Below, piece by piece: positions 1 through 15,880 of a DNA stretch of 64,000 nucleotides. The stretch is from Convolutriloba macropyga (lineage: Eukaryota). The notes under the pieces were generated by a model. It did not search any database. It worked only from the letters and a program-made list of their open reading frames with translations, and had not been told where the DNA came from. Location: assembly GCF_964194025.1 (NCBI RefSeq), contig NC_134482.1, positions 36,704,001 through 36,768,000 of the forward strand, written 5' to 3'. Numbering within the stretch: the first letter of the stretch is position 1; each line of letters starts with the position of its first letter. Position numbers and translations under genes: made by a program.

Positions 1-188
1 TTACATTACTAATTAAATCCCGAAGTACTTACTACGCGCTATTCCTTAATGCAATAATCGCTTTTAAAAAAAGTTATTTATGTTTTGAAACGAGGGCTAT
101 AAGTCTGATATGTACAATTACAATGGATTGCACGATTAAACATGATTTATAGAAGTATTAACAGACAGTTTTGTTCGTATTATTGTTA

Positions 189-4553
<4,365 letters not shown>

Positions 4554-6109
4554 TGGGAACTGAAATCATAAATATCAACAATCATACGAGAAATATACTG
4601 TGAACATATACTCCGAGTCAGATCTCTTCATGAACATTACCACACAGTTATCGCTATGGAGAAGTTATCAGGTGTTGAAAAACTTTGAGAGGGTGGATGA
4701 TAACAACCGCTTGGTAATGTTTTCAATAAACTTTCGTTGTCATTGCAAAAATTGCAAAACTAAAACCAATGTTGCCGCGACTAGACGACGAGTTTATCGC
4801 CACTGTTAATATATAATAATAGTGGTGATAAAAGAGTGGGATAAACTCATAGTCAAAACTAAACAGATTTCGTAGTGTTAATTGGACGTTTATGTGTTAT
4901 TTTCTCCTTTTGTTATGCAATTGTCGTTATCGCAACCAGAATTGATCAAAGACGATCAGAGCTCACTTTTAAAAAGTTTAAAAAATCTCGAAAGTTTTTA
5001 CGAACAATTTGGTTTCAACTGTACACGCTCGATAAAAAGTTCTTTAAATTGAGGCAGAAATGTGCATTGTAGAAGTTGTATGGGCCACAGGAGATCGCTA
5101 CCCATCCGATGAAAAATTCTGTCAGTAGTCAAAAGTCAAAGCATCGTAAATATAGCTTCTGTAGGAATATGAAAGGCAGTACAAGATTATTTTAAAATCG
5201 AAATACGAAAAACTTAACACAGATATAAGGTCTGTATAATAACCCACCAGCCTCATGGATACATGAAGTGTAGTATACCCCCTCATTATGGTAAACATAC
5301 CACAATGGAGGGCTAAAAAGTCGTGGGAGGGGGACTATATCAGGAAGAACCCCAAATTTGTCAACAAATTTTTATTTATGCAGATTTCTTGCGTTATTAC
5401 GTATAATTGTGCTGGCAGAACCCAGAGTACATAATAATAACCTTCACCTTCAGCAGTTCATTTGAACATCTGTTGGTTCTGGCAAAAAAATAGCTTCAGA
5501 GCAAAATTTCTGCGTTCTCGGCACGCTGAATAGTCCAATAGTTGATAAAATTGTGTTGAAAAAAATATTTTGCAATTCACTTTCAACCTCGGCTTGTTTA
5601 TTGATCAGTTTCCAAAGCTGCTCAATCTTCTGGTAGCAAACTTGTGAGAAAGAAACTCTGTACATCAGAAATATAATAGCGATTAGAAATAATCCATCTG
5701 AAAACTCTTGATTGAAACTTATCCAGTTTGCGCATATACGTTAATGAAGGCTGCCACATAACAACTGTAATGAAAGAGGTAGAGGATGAGGCTTTGGTAC
5801 TATCAAATTTTCCTCTTTGCTGAGGTCGTGAAAGGCACGTTTCGCTTTATGAGATAGAAAATATCTTTGCATTTAGCTATTTTTGAATATGTGTGACGCT
5901 GCCAGTTCAATTTACTAGAAATGGCAAATCCACGGTTTTTAATCAAGTCATTGTTATTCACTGCTATCCCAACAAGTTTTAATTTTTTGAACAGTCAAAA
6001 TTAAAAGGTAAAAATCTACATTTGGACGGCTGAAAAACTCAAGCAATTATAAACTGAACACTGATGTAAAGCAAAAACGTTTTGTTGAATAAGTTGTTAC
6101 TCATAGAAT

Positions 6110-6460
6110 GAGAAAATTGTTTTTATCAGCGCGCAGAAAATGAGATCCATGTAAAATTACATTTTCCTTATCTTCGATAAATATCGGATAAAAGAATTGG
6201 TCCGAGGACAAGGCCTGTGGTACACCAAATGTCACAATCCAGAACAGAATGAAGGAGTCATCCACTTTGACGCACTGTAGGCGATCAGATCGATAGGACT
6301 CGGGATACCAAAAAACTGGGATAGAAGCCAAGTATTTAAAGTTTAGACAACAACAGCTGACGAGGAACTGTGTCAGAGTTCTTCCTGATGCCAAAATAAT
6401 CTGAACGTGGAGAAAAGCTATTGTCTTGAGACTTATTATCAACATCTCACTTGACCATCA
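6110..6460 (-). mobile_element. Decayed non-LTR retrotransposon (LINE) reverse transcriptase fragment
   Basis: Frameshifted translation YFGIRKNSDTVPRQLLLSKL / SYRSDRLQCVKVDDS / VTFGVPQ / VLGPIL / FLRAD matches the LINE RT motifs D..KAFD.V.H..LL.KL, SYL.DR.Q.V, GVPQGS.LGP and YADD. Confidence 0.8.
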
Positions 6461-7934
6461 TCTGAATAACGTGCACCTTATTTTCATGAATCCGGGTTGC
6501 TGTTTGCAAATTAAATATTTCACTTTTTGATAAATATAATCAAACAAAGTACGTTTGAATAACAGAAAAAGTTTTTTGAAAAATTTACTGGGCCATATTT
6601 TTCTAACAAGTTAAGAGATCCGGTTTAATTTAAGTATATAATATATGATATCTTCCAACGCGAAGCCCTCTGGTAACCCAATAAAAATTTGTTGAACTGC
6701 TTAGATTAAAATAATCGCACATCAACGATTGAGGGGGTATTTCCACCACAAAAAATCTAGAACTATCAGAACACAATAATATTGTTCCTATCTTTGTTTC
6801 TGAAACCGTTAGGTTGTCTATACACAAATGCACAAAAACTCATAAGATACGGGTAGATCATATAAAATTTTGTGTCAAAAAAACGCATCCAAAAAGTGTA
6901 TTAAAACCGTTTGCGAACTCAGATCTAGAGATTGGAGAAATTCCGTTATTAGAGCAGGCAAGGACTTAATGAAGCTACAAGTCGGCAGCAGCTTAAAACA
7001 ATGAGATGCACAAGAAAAACGAATGTTTTAATGAAAGTTTGCTTGTCCTATTCAATCAACTCCTTAAGAGATTTATTAAGTTCTCCGTATTTCATTGAGA
7101 GCAAAAGTTTCCATTTTTTTGTTAGGTTGATTTCTTAATGATTGAAAAGTTGCTTGGTATGCGAGGAGAAAAAAAATTGGCGCAAAATTTTTTTTAGCAA
7201 TTGAATAAAAATTTCTCGCAGATAAGAATACCATTGCTCCCGATTATCTATATTCTTAACATTGCTGACACTCAGAAGTTTCAACAAGTCAAAAAGATAA
7301 AAGTTGAAATTTGAGCTTTGAATAAGGAGCATTGAAAACCTGATTTATTGTTAGCATCAATCAGATTGAAATTGCAAGAAAAAAAGATCGAGTAATGAGT
7401 GGAAAATGAGTTTAATTTCAATAGAAGAAATAATTGATCCACATTGGACAAGATAAGCACCAATGTGCTGTGATCCTATCGAGTTGGAACGCAAACAAAT
7501 TGGTTCAATTCATTTCAATAAGTTAAATTAAAAACAAGTATTTCTGTGAGTTAATCAATGTGAGCGTTCCCAATTGATACCAAGAAGATTAAAACCACTG
7601 AGTACATAAAACTTATCAGTTATCGTACGCACATATTTGCTGACTAAAGAATTGATTTTTGCAAGGTATTCGTTTAGGAAATCAATCGGCAATTTGACGT
7701 TAATGGGAAAAGGAGATCAGACTAGGGATTTGCATAGCAACATGAAAACCGACGGTATGCTATCCGAAAGACCGCACGCAACAGATGAAGAATATTACAG
7801 CAATCTAAGATCAATTGTTTGTGCTTCGATGAAATTAGCGGCAGCAATGAGAAAACCTGCCTGTTCCCATTAGCTGCAATTGGAACGTGCCCCAGCGTTG
7901 CATTTAGACCCGAATGAAACTTCGAAATCAGGTA

Positions 7935-8900
7935 TGCTTTAAAAGAGCCATAATTCAACTAAAAACTTTTTAAAAAATGATCCTGCTGTCATTATTCTAA
8001 TTAATTTTTGATGTTTAAACAAGCTGTAAATTGACTGACAATTGAGAAGCAACCATTTGGCTAGTGTTAGTAAATTACTGCTCATTTCAATATCACGACC
8101 TTGATGATAAGAATTCAAATTCGTTAACCGAAAGTCTTCTTTGTTTTTTCCTTCTTGATGAATCATTTGGTATCGTACCCGATGACATCTTTCTCCTTCT
8201 GTCTTTCACAGGACGTCAGAAATCTCTTTGTTTTAAAAAAAATTATCAGGTGGTCACTTCTAGCAAAGCAATTTTGAAGGAAAAGGAAGTTTTAGGTTTT
8301 GATAAGTATAGGAGGGTAGTTTCGCTTTTGTTTTCTCAAAAGATTGACTTTTTTGCCAAACTGCCTGGCACTTGGTACATTGTCTTTGCAAGCGAACCTC
8401 ATATGCGATATTATAATTTTGACATTCATCGAGTTTTTCTTAATTTTGTTCAAAAACCTGTCTTCAGATTGCCTAAGAACATCAATAATAAACTGCAGAT
8501 CAAGATTTTTGTTTTGAATGTTCGAGCGACTGAAGTGACGTCAGAGTAGGAAGGCAAGGTGTCACTAACAATTTTTTTGACATCATTGTATAAATTGAAC
8601 GCAATAGACTCATTAACATTCCAATGACTTAACTTTGCAATTAACGATGAAACTTGTTACTCAAAGAAATAGATAAACCGTTCAACCTAACTTTTTTTGA
8701 AAAAAAAAGAAAATTTTGTCATTATGCACGCGAGCAAAAAAAAGAATGCGCAGTTGCTTTGATCTTCAAGCAATTTTACCTATTCCTGGGAGCGGAAAGC
8801 ACCGGTACCATGAAACAAATTGACAATTTCCAAACACAATCACAAAAGCACCATCCCAATTGATTCTTTTCTTGCATTGACCGCATTTGACTGATGTCTT
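7935..8900 (-). mobile_element. Decayed LINE 5' half: PHD-finger ORF1 followed by the start of the ORF2 AP endonuclease (CR1/L2-like)
   Basis: Reading across the three copies: KCGQCKKRVKWDDTSVIGCKSCQ-W(F/I)HG...SQEKVKLLGDQSNC (PHD), then LPSYSDVT and LQFKIDGVRQSE (ORF1-type). Downstream of copy 1 come WLLLNCQSI and FLVELWL, resembling the APE motifs N.+SI and .ETWL. Stops and frameshifts throughout. Confidence 0.68.
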
Positions 8901-11512
8901 ACTAGAGCTACTTCTTTGATTCATTCATGACACTGTTCAAGCATACAATCAAACGAAACTATTTAATGCATCCCCGATTAGAAAACACCTCCCACTAAGT
9001 TAAAAATTGTGATGTAAAATCGCTTTCACTAAGCTCGAGTTTGGAACATAGAGAGAAGAACCAAAAAACCAATTACACTTAATTCAAATGGCTTTTGATG
9101 CGAGGTACTTGATACACTCAGAAGAAGACTCATGATTAAACAAGCAAAAGGTTCCGTTTGTTGAGCTTTCCAATTGTCTTGTAAATCACGTGCGTTTTTG
9201 GTTGTTTGAATTTTTCTCAGTGAATCGACAAAAATAATTGAAAAACAATATGGGACATAATGAACGTGGCCTGAAAATCAAATAGGAAACCTTGATGGGA
9301 AAAATTCTCAATAATTGCTTAAGAAACCTAAGAAGTTCAGAAAAGTTTTTTGGTGATCAATAGTTGTATTTTAGTAGTTTAGTAACAGACTGTACGGGAA
9401 ACTTTACAATCTCTGACTGACACTTGGTACACTGCCTTCGCAACGGAACTCCATATGCGATAATATAATTTTGACATTCATCGAGTCCTTCTTAGTTTTG
9501 TTCAAAAACATGTCTTCAGATTGCCTAACACCATCAATTTTAAACTGCAGATCAAGATTTTTGTTTTGAATGTTCGAGCGACTGAAGTGACGTCAGAGTA
9601 GGAAGGCAAGGTGACACTGACAGTTTTTTTGACACCATTGTATAGATGAAACGCAATAGATTCCTTAACAGTTCAAGGACTTAACTTTGCAATTAAATAT
9701 GAAACTTGTTACTTAAAGAAATAGATAAGCCGTACAACTTAACTTTTTTTGAAAAAAAGAAAATTTTGTCATTATGCACGAGAGCAAAAAAAGAATGCGC
9801 AGTTGCTTTGATCTCCAAGCAATTTTACCTATTCCTGGGAGCGGAAGGCACCGGTACCATGAAACCAAATTGACAGCTTTCGCACCCAATCTCAGAAGCA
9901 CCATCCCATTTGACTCTTTTCTTGCATTGACCGCATTTTACTGATGTCTTACTAGAGCTAAGTTTTTGATTCATTCATTACACTGTTCAAGCATACAATC
10001 AACGAAACTATTTAATGCATCCCCAATTAGAGAACACCCGCCATTATGTTAAAAACTGTGATGTAAAAATCGCTTGCACTAAACTCGAGTTTGAAACATA
10101 CTGAGAAGTTCCAAAAAACCAAAAACATTTAATTCAAATGGCGTTTGATACAAACTACTTAATACACTCTTTTAAAAACTCAAAAGAAGACTCATGATTA
10201 ATCAAGCAAAAGATTCCGTTTGTTGAGCTTTCCAATTGTCTTGTAAATGACGTGCGTTTTTTGGCAGTTTGGATTTTTCTCAGTGAATCGACAAAAAAAA
10301 TTGAAAAACAATATGGGACATAATGAACGTGGCCTGAAAATCAAATAGGAAACTTTGATGGGAAAAATTCTCAAAAATTGCTTAAGAAACCTAAGAAATT
10401 CAGAAAAGTTTTTTGGTGCTCAATAGTTGTATTTTAGTAGTTTAGTAACAGACTGTACGGGACACTTTACAATCTCTGACTGACACTAGGTACATTGCCT
10501 TCGCAACGGAACTCCATATGCGATATTATAATTTTGACATTAATCGAGTCCTTCTTAATTTTGTTCAAAAACCTGTCTTCAGATTGCCTAAAACGATTTA
10601 CAATAAACTGCAGATCAAGATTTTTGTTCTGAATGTTTGAGCGATAGAAGTAACGTCAGAGTAGGAAGGCAAGGTGACACTAACAATTTTTTTGACACCA
10701 TTGTATAGATGAAACGCAAAAGATTCCTTAACAGTTCAAGGACTCAACTCTGCAATTAACGATGAAACCTGTTACTTAATGAATTAGATGAGCCGTACAA
10801 CTTAATTTTTTTTAAGAAGTTAAGATGTTGTTATTATGCACACGAGCAATAAAAACAATACGCAGTTGCTTTGATCTCCAAGCAATTTTACTTTTTCCTG
10901 GGAGCGGCAAACACCGGTACCATGAATCCAATTTGACAACTTTTGCACCCAATCACAGAAGTATCATCCCATTTTACTCTTTTCTTGCATTGACCGCATT
11001 TGACTGATGTTTTAATTGAGCTAAATTTTTGACTCATTCATGACACTGTTCAAGCATACAATCAAACGAAACTATTTAATGTATCCTCAATTAGACAACA
11101 ACTGCCATAGAGTTAAAATTTGGGATGTAAAAATCGCCTGCACTAAGCTTCAGGTTGGAACATACAGAGCAGAACCAAAAAACCAATAACACTTATTCAA
11201 CTGGCGTTTGATACACCCAGAAGAAGACTCACGATTAAACAAGGAAAAGATTCCATTTGTTGAGCTTTCCAATTGTGTTGTAAATGACGTGCGTTTTTTG
11301 ATAGTTTGGATTTTTCTCAGTGAATCGACAAAAAATAATTTGAAAAACAATACGGGACATAATGAACGTGGCCTGAAAATCAGATCGGAAATTTGGACCA
11401 GAATAAATCTCAAAAATTGCGCAAGAAAACTAACCAGTTCAGAAAAAGTTTTTGGTGAGCAATAGTTGTATATTAGCAGTTTAGTAAAAGACTGTCAGGA
11501 AAACACACAATC
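8369..11512. repeat. Tandem triplication, unit about 1.05-1.06 kb (starts 8369, 9421, 10484), moderately diverged
   Basis: cac(t/a)ggtaca...catatgcgata...actgcagatcaagatttttgtt...ttttcttgcattgaccgcattt...gggacataatgaacgtggcctgaaaatca recur three times. Confidence 0.95.
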
Positions 11513-12481
11513 AGAGATGAAATAAAATACTGATGAGGAAGTTTCATAGTCGACGGTTTTGAAATACCAGATTTTCAACTGTGAGAACTACTTTCCTGGA
11601 ACAAAAATCTGCAAAGTTTTCAAAATTAAGATCTTCCTACAGGATAACGATAACATATAACTGGTGTTACAAATGAAAACTATTCTGAAAAGAAGTAGGT
11701 GAAAACGCCCTCAGAACTAAAATTTTTCCAATTGGTCCCAATGCAAAACTTAGAAGATTTTGAACTTTTTTAGCTTAAGAATATTGATGACTGTATAATG
11801 CTACCAATTTTCGTCTAACAATCCCATATGAGGTCACTAGGATTTTGGAATATTCCAGATACACGGAACCATATTAAAATATTTTTTTAGCAAAGCACGG
11901 TTAGGAAAAAGTCAACAATACGCTTAGAAATAGAAGTTTAGGCTTCTGATCTTGCTTGCTCCAGGATTTTAATCCTCTTTAGAGTCCAAATTATTGGTTT
12001 GTAAATAAAATGCAGCCACCGCATTTGCAGTATGCCCTCCGCTTCCTTTTTAGTGATTTTTTTATCTTGTAAAGATTTAGATTCCGGACAAGAACGTTTA
12101 CGTAGGTTGTGAAAAAGTTTCGCACGTCTGAAAAATTTGGCACCTGATCTATCTAGTCTAGTGTTTGAAAGATACTTTTCCCTTCTATTATATTGCTTTG
12201 TAATTTCAGAGTTAGACTGTTAAGTCATCCTGCGGCGTATTGAGGAAAGCAAGTAGAAATAGAACATCGTGCATTTCAGTGCAGAGTGGTAATAGATCTA
12301 ATTTCATTAGTCGTTGTTTATTACGCAAAACTGATCAAAATATTCTCTTTGCGGCTTGTTTTTAATCTTTTCCAATTTTTGTCATCTTTCTATTGCTGGC
12401 ATTCCAAGAATGCGATGCAATGTTTACTATGGGTACCACATATCTTGTACACGCGCTTAATTTACTGTAAAGCGAGCAGTT

Positions 12482-13016
12482 CCCAGGCTGAGGTGCCAGA
12501 CGGAAGCAAGTATGTCCAGACCGTCCCAGACGGAAAGTACCTATGTCCAGACCGACCCAGACGGAATTTGCCTATGTCCAGACTTTCGTGCGTTCGCCAC
12601 ACTTTCGTGCGTTCATGTCCAGAATTTCGTGCGTTCACCAGACTTTCGTGCGTTTATGTCCAGACTTTCGTGCGTTCACCAGACTTTCGTGCGTTCATGT
12701 CCAGACTTTAGTGCATTCACCAGACTTTCATGCGTTCACCAGACTTTCGTGCGTTCATGTCCAGACTTTCGTGCGTTCACCCAACTTTCGTGCGTTTAAC
12801 CATTTTTCGTGCGTTCATGTCCAGATTTTCGAGCGTTCATCAGACTTTGTGCGTTCATGTCCAGACTTTCGTGCGTTCACCTGCAGTATTATTTGCTTTC
12901 ACCAGGTTGATATTTTTTGATGTCTCCAGACTATGTATTTTTGAACGCACGACGCCGCCTCGTGCGTTCATCTTCGGTTTGGACATACTTGCTTCCGTCT
13001 GGGAACTCATCCTGGG
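12482..13016 (+). mobile_element. Non-autonomous TIR transposon (CCC...GGG ends, 41-bp TIRs, TT 2-bp TSD; CMC/EnSpm-like) carrying a 19/22-bp minisatellite
   Basis: Left TIR cccaggctgaggtgccagacggaagcaagtatgtccagacc matches the reverse complement of 12976-13016 with 4 mismatches. Internal array of (tgt)ccagactttcgtgcgttca at about 12574-12880. Superfamily inferred from termini and TSD only. Confidence 0.88.
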
Positions 13017-13019
13017 TTG

Positions 13020-14720
13020 GAGATTACAAAATTTTTGATTTGAAAAATTGATCCAATTGCTTTTGGAGATCTTTTTTTTGACGTCTTTTACAAATAATTG
13101 TTGATCTGTAATTTTGTTGAGGAGCAAATCATTTTGAGCTTTCATTTGCGCAAATTTTCTAACTTGCATTCTTGACTGTATTTTTTCTTGCTTAGAAGGT
13201 TTGATTTACGGCTTTATAGCATTTCGTACAAAGAAGAGTTGATTATGAAAATTGATCAATTTAAAACCATTGGTATAAATTGGAACATGCAAAAAACATT
13301 TTGGAAAATAGGAACTTACTTTTTTTGGATGATGAAGGAGATGCAAGGGGAATTTTTTTAATCCACTCGATTTAACTACGTCATCTTGTTGCAATTAGAA
13401 ATTTGGAAAGCTTAAACCTGTTTGGTATTTTAACCTAAAAATCTGATCTAATTTGTCTTTTTTTCCACCGATGGCAACAAATTCAAGAGTCGCTATTCAT
13501 CAAAAACTGACCGCGAGTGAAAAACTCTCCATTGAGAAGGCTCCTTAAAGAAGGCTTTGAAACGCATTTTGGCAATCAAACGAAACATGTCATTAATAGC
13601 TGAAAGGGCAATTCAGCTCAATTTACAGGGGTTTTGTTTTCTGTAGTAGTGTATTCGAAGCTTCCACTGGCGGGTCATAATCACGTTATTTTTGCTAATT
13701 TTTTCGTTTGCATATTCCTGCATATTGAAGCTTTGCATAAAGGATAGCCCTAAACAGACATTATAGTTTGGAGAAGTTAATGAAGTTGCTCAGCATTCGC
13801 GACAGGTAAGTATTTTAATTTTGTTCCTGTTATCCATGCTATCTGTTTTCTTTTGAAACTTTAAATTTTTTGGCGATCGAGAGATTGTTTTTGAACAGAG
13901 TCCAAAAGTCGCAGCAGAGGATTGATTTACAGAGAAAAAGAAAAGAATTCCTGTACGCTCTTCTTTATTGGGATAATTTTCAATTCAAAAGAGGAATTTC
14001 TTTGCCTTTTTTCAAATTTCAAGCAAGAGTTCCTTACCATCTCTCCAATCCTTGGTTCTATTTTTGTATTGAATTTGATCAGTGGGTAGAAGTATCCGCT
14101 TTCCCGTATAAAGAACTGAGAATACTTTCCTACTCCATCCAGTTTCGTTTTTGCCAACTCTTTTTTTGATAAGAATCATTCACATGAGCTTTTACCAATT
14201 GCAATTATTTTTTAGATCATCTGAAAAAACAAATAAATCAGAGAACACGACTTCTTCAGACAGGTTGCTGTTGAAAATACAGAAAAGTAGCGGGGCAATT
14301 AACAAATCGTGTTGGTCTGCACTTGTTACTTGGAGAGATTTTGAGATTGTTGTCTGCTATGACATATTTGAGTCGGCCATCAATGTAGTCAAGAGTACCT
14401 CGAATTTCTTCATCACTCAGTTTCTAGAGAAATTCCATTTCAAAGACTGATTTAAAAATTTACCAATAATTTTTTTACTAAAATTATAATTTGTTTCTTT
14501 TGATGTCTACAACGTGAATAGTCTCCGTATCTCGAAAAACTGAACCAAGTAACGTTTTCAAATTGAGCAAAATGATTTTAGAGACCCAGTTTGTGCATAA
14601 ACGTCAGTCACTTATCACTGTTTTGGGCAGGCCTTGTTGTGATGCTCAGACTTCCCTGGTGGTTGAACATTTGCTGGGTGTCTCATTTACCAAGAAAAGT
14701 TTATTGATATATTTTGCTGT
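13020..14720 (-). mobile_element. Possible further, highly decayed LINE ORF1/ORF2 relic
   Basis: Broken coding-like sequence with a faint PHD-like remnant (SKCSTT...VISD*RLCTNWVSKI near 14560-14690) and a KCRPTRFV segment; weak. Confidence 0.3.
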
Positions 14721-15880
14721 CGATTTAAGAGCCGTTAAAGGCAAAATTTTCAAGCAATAATACTCGGCATTTTTGGTAACTGGTTGATCTGTTTCCATTA
14801 TTGTATTTTACTTTGCTTCAGTAACCGCCAAGTGCTATTGTAATCAAACAAGGAATTTTGCAAAAAATTACAGATGCTCAAATATGTCCTTAGCCATATT
14901 GTCAAGATTCTTATGAAATGTGTCATTGTACCGTAACTTTTGGAATGCTTGATTGATATCAGGAGAATTGCATCAAATACCTAGAGAGAAGCTTTCTCCT
15001 TGTTGTGAGGACTCTAAGAAAAATTTCGCAGCTTGGGGTTAGGAAATAAACAAGTGCCAGCAAAAAATTATATTTTTTCGCCGACCTGGATTGAAAATTG
15101 TTGCTTAAACGCAACGTCTAAATTTTTCGCTTCGCAAATTGAAAATTTAACGCTTTGTCGAAACATGCTACCCTCGGGAGCATCGAATAATTTTTGGCAG
15201 CCACTTTATCAAAGTTTTGAAAGCTTTAAGAAAAGATGTTTTTTTACAACCAACCACTGCTGGGCGGGTTGTAGAATAAACTATTTAAATTCCTTTTCTT
15301 TGTGACTTCACAACATCAATAAGAAGTTATCTGTTGAATGTTTCACTTATCAGTGAAGACCTGACAGAAATGATAGAAATACAGAGTTTGATTGTGTCAT
15401 GGAAGTTGCTTATCAGCTCGGCAGACAGTGTACCCGGGTAACAAGAGTTCAAGAGTTAGGGTGACTCAACGTAATTGATGAGCCTTATTAAAAAACAAAA
15501 AAGAACATTGTGTTCCATTGAAATAACAGCATCTGCATCAATAAAAATTGATAAAACTTCTTGCGAGCAATTGAGGAAAATCAAATAATCTAGTAAGACA
15601 ACCGACGCTTTTCCACTGCCAACTCGTTGTTGCATAGTTCCAGTATATGAATCTATAAACCTTCTATCGATGTATTTGCAACATTCTGGTTTTTGCTAGT
15701 TTTGAGCTTTTTTTCTTTGATTCTTCCTTGCCGAGTGCAGATGAGAAAAACAACTTAATTTGGATATAGTTTGCTGTGCATCTTGCGTTTTTGTTTGGGT
15801 GCAGACGTTTTTCGTGTGCAGATGTCTTCATATTTTCCTCTCAGATACTTGGCTATAGATTTTCTGACCTTTTTCCTGAG

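Noticed and set aside
12286-13038. Overlapping repetitive ORFs (PDFRAF / RLSCVH / QTFVRS) and a CRISPR-like look
   Set aside because: They are translations of a stop-free minisatellite inside a TIR element. The units abut with no unique spacers, there are no cas genes, and the context is eukaryotic.
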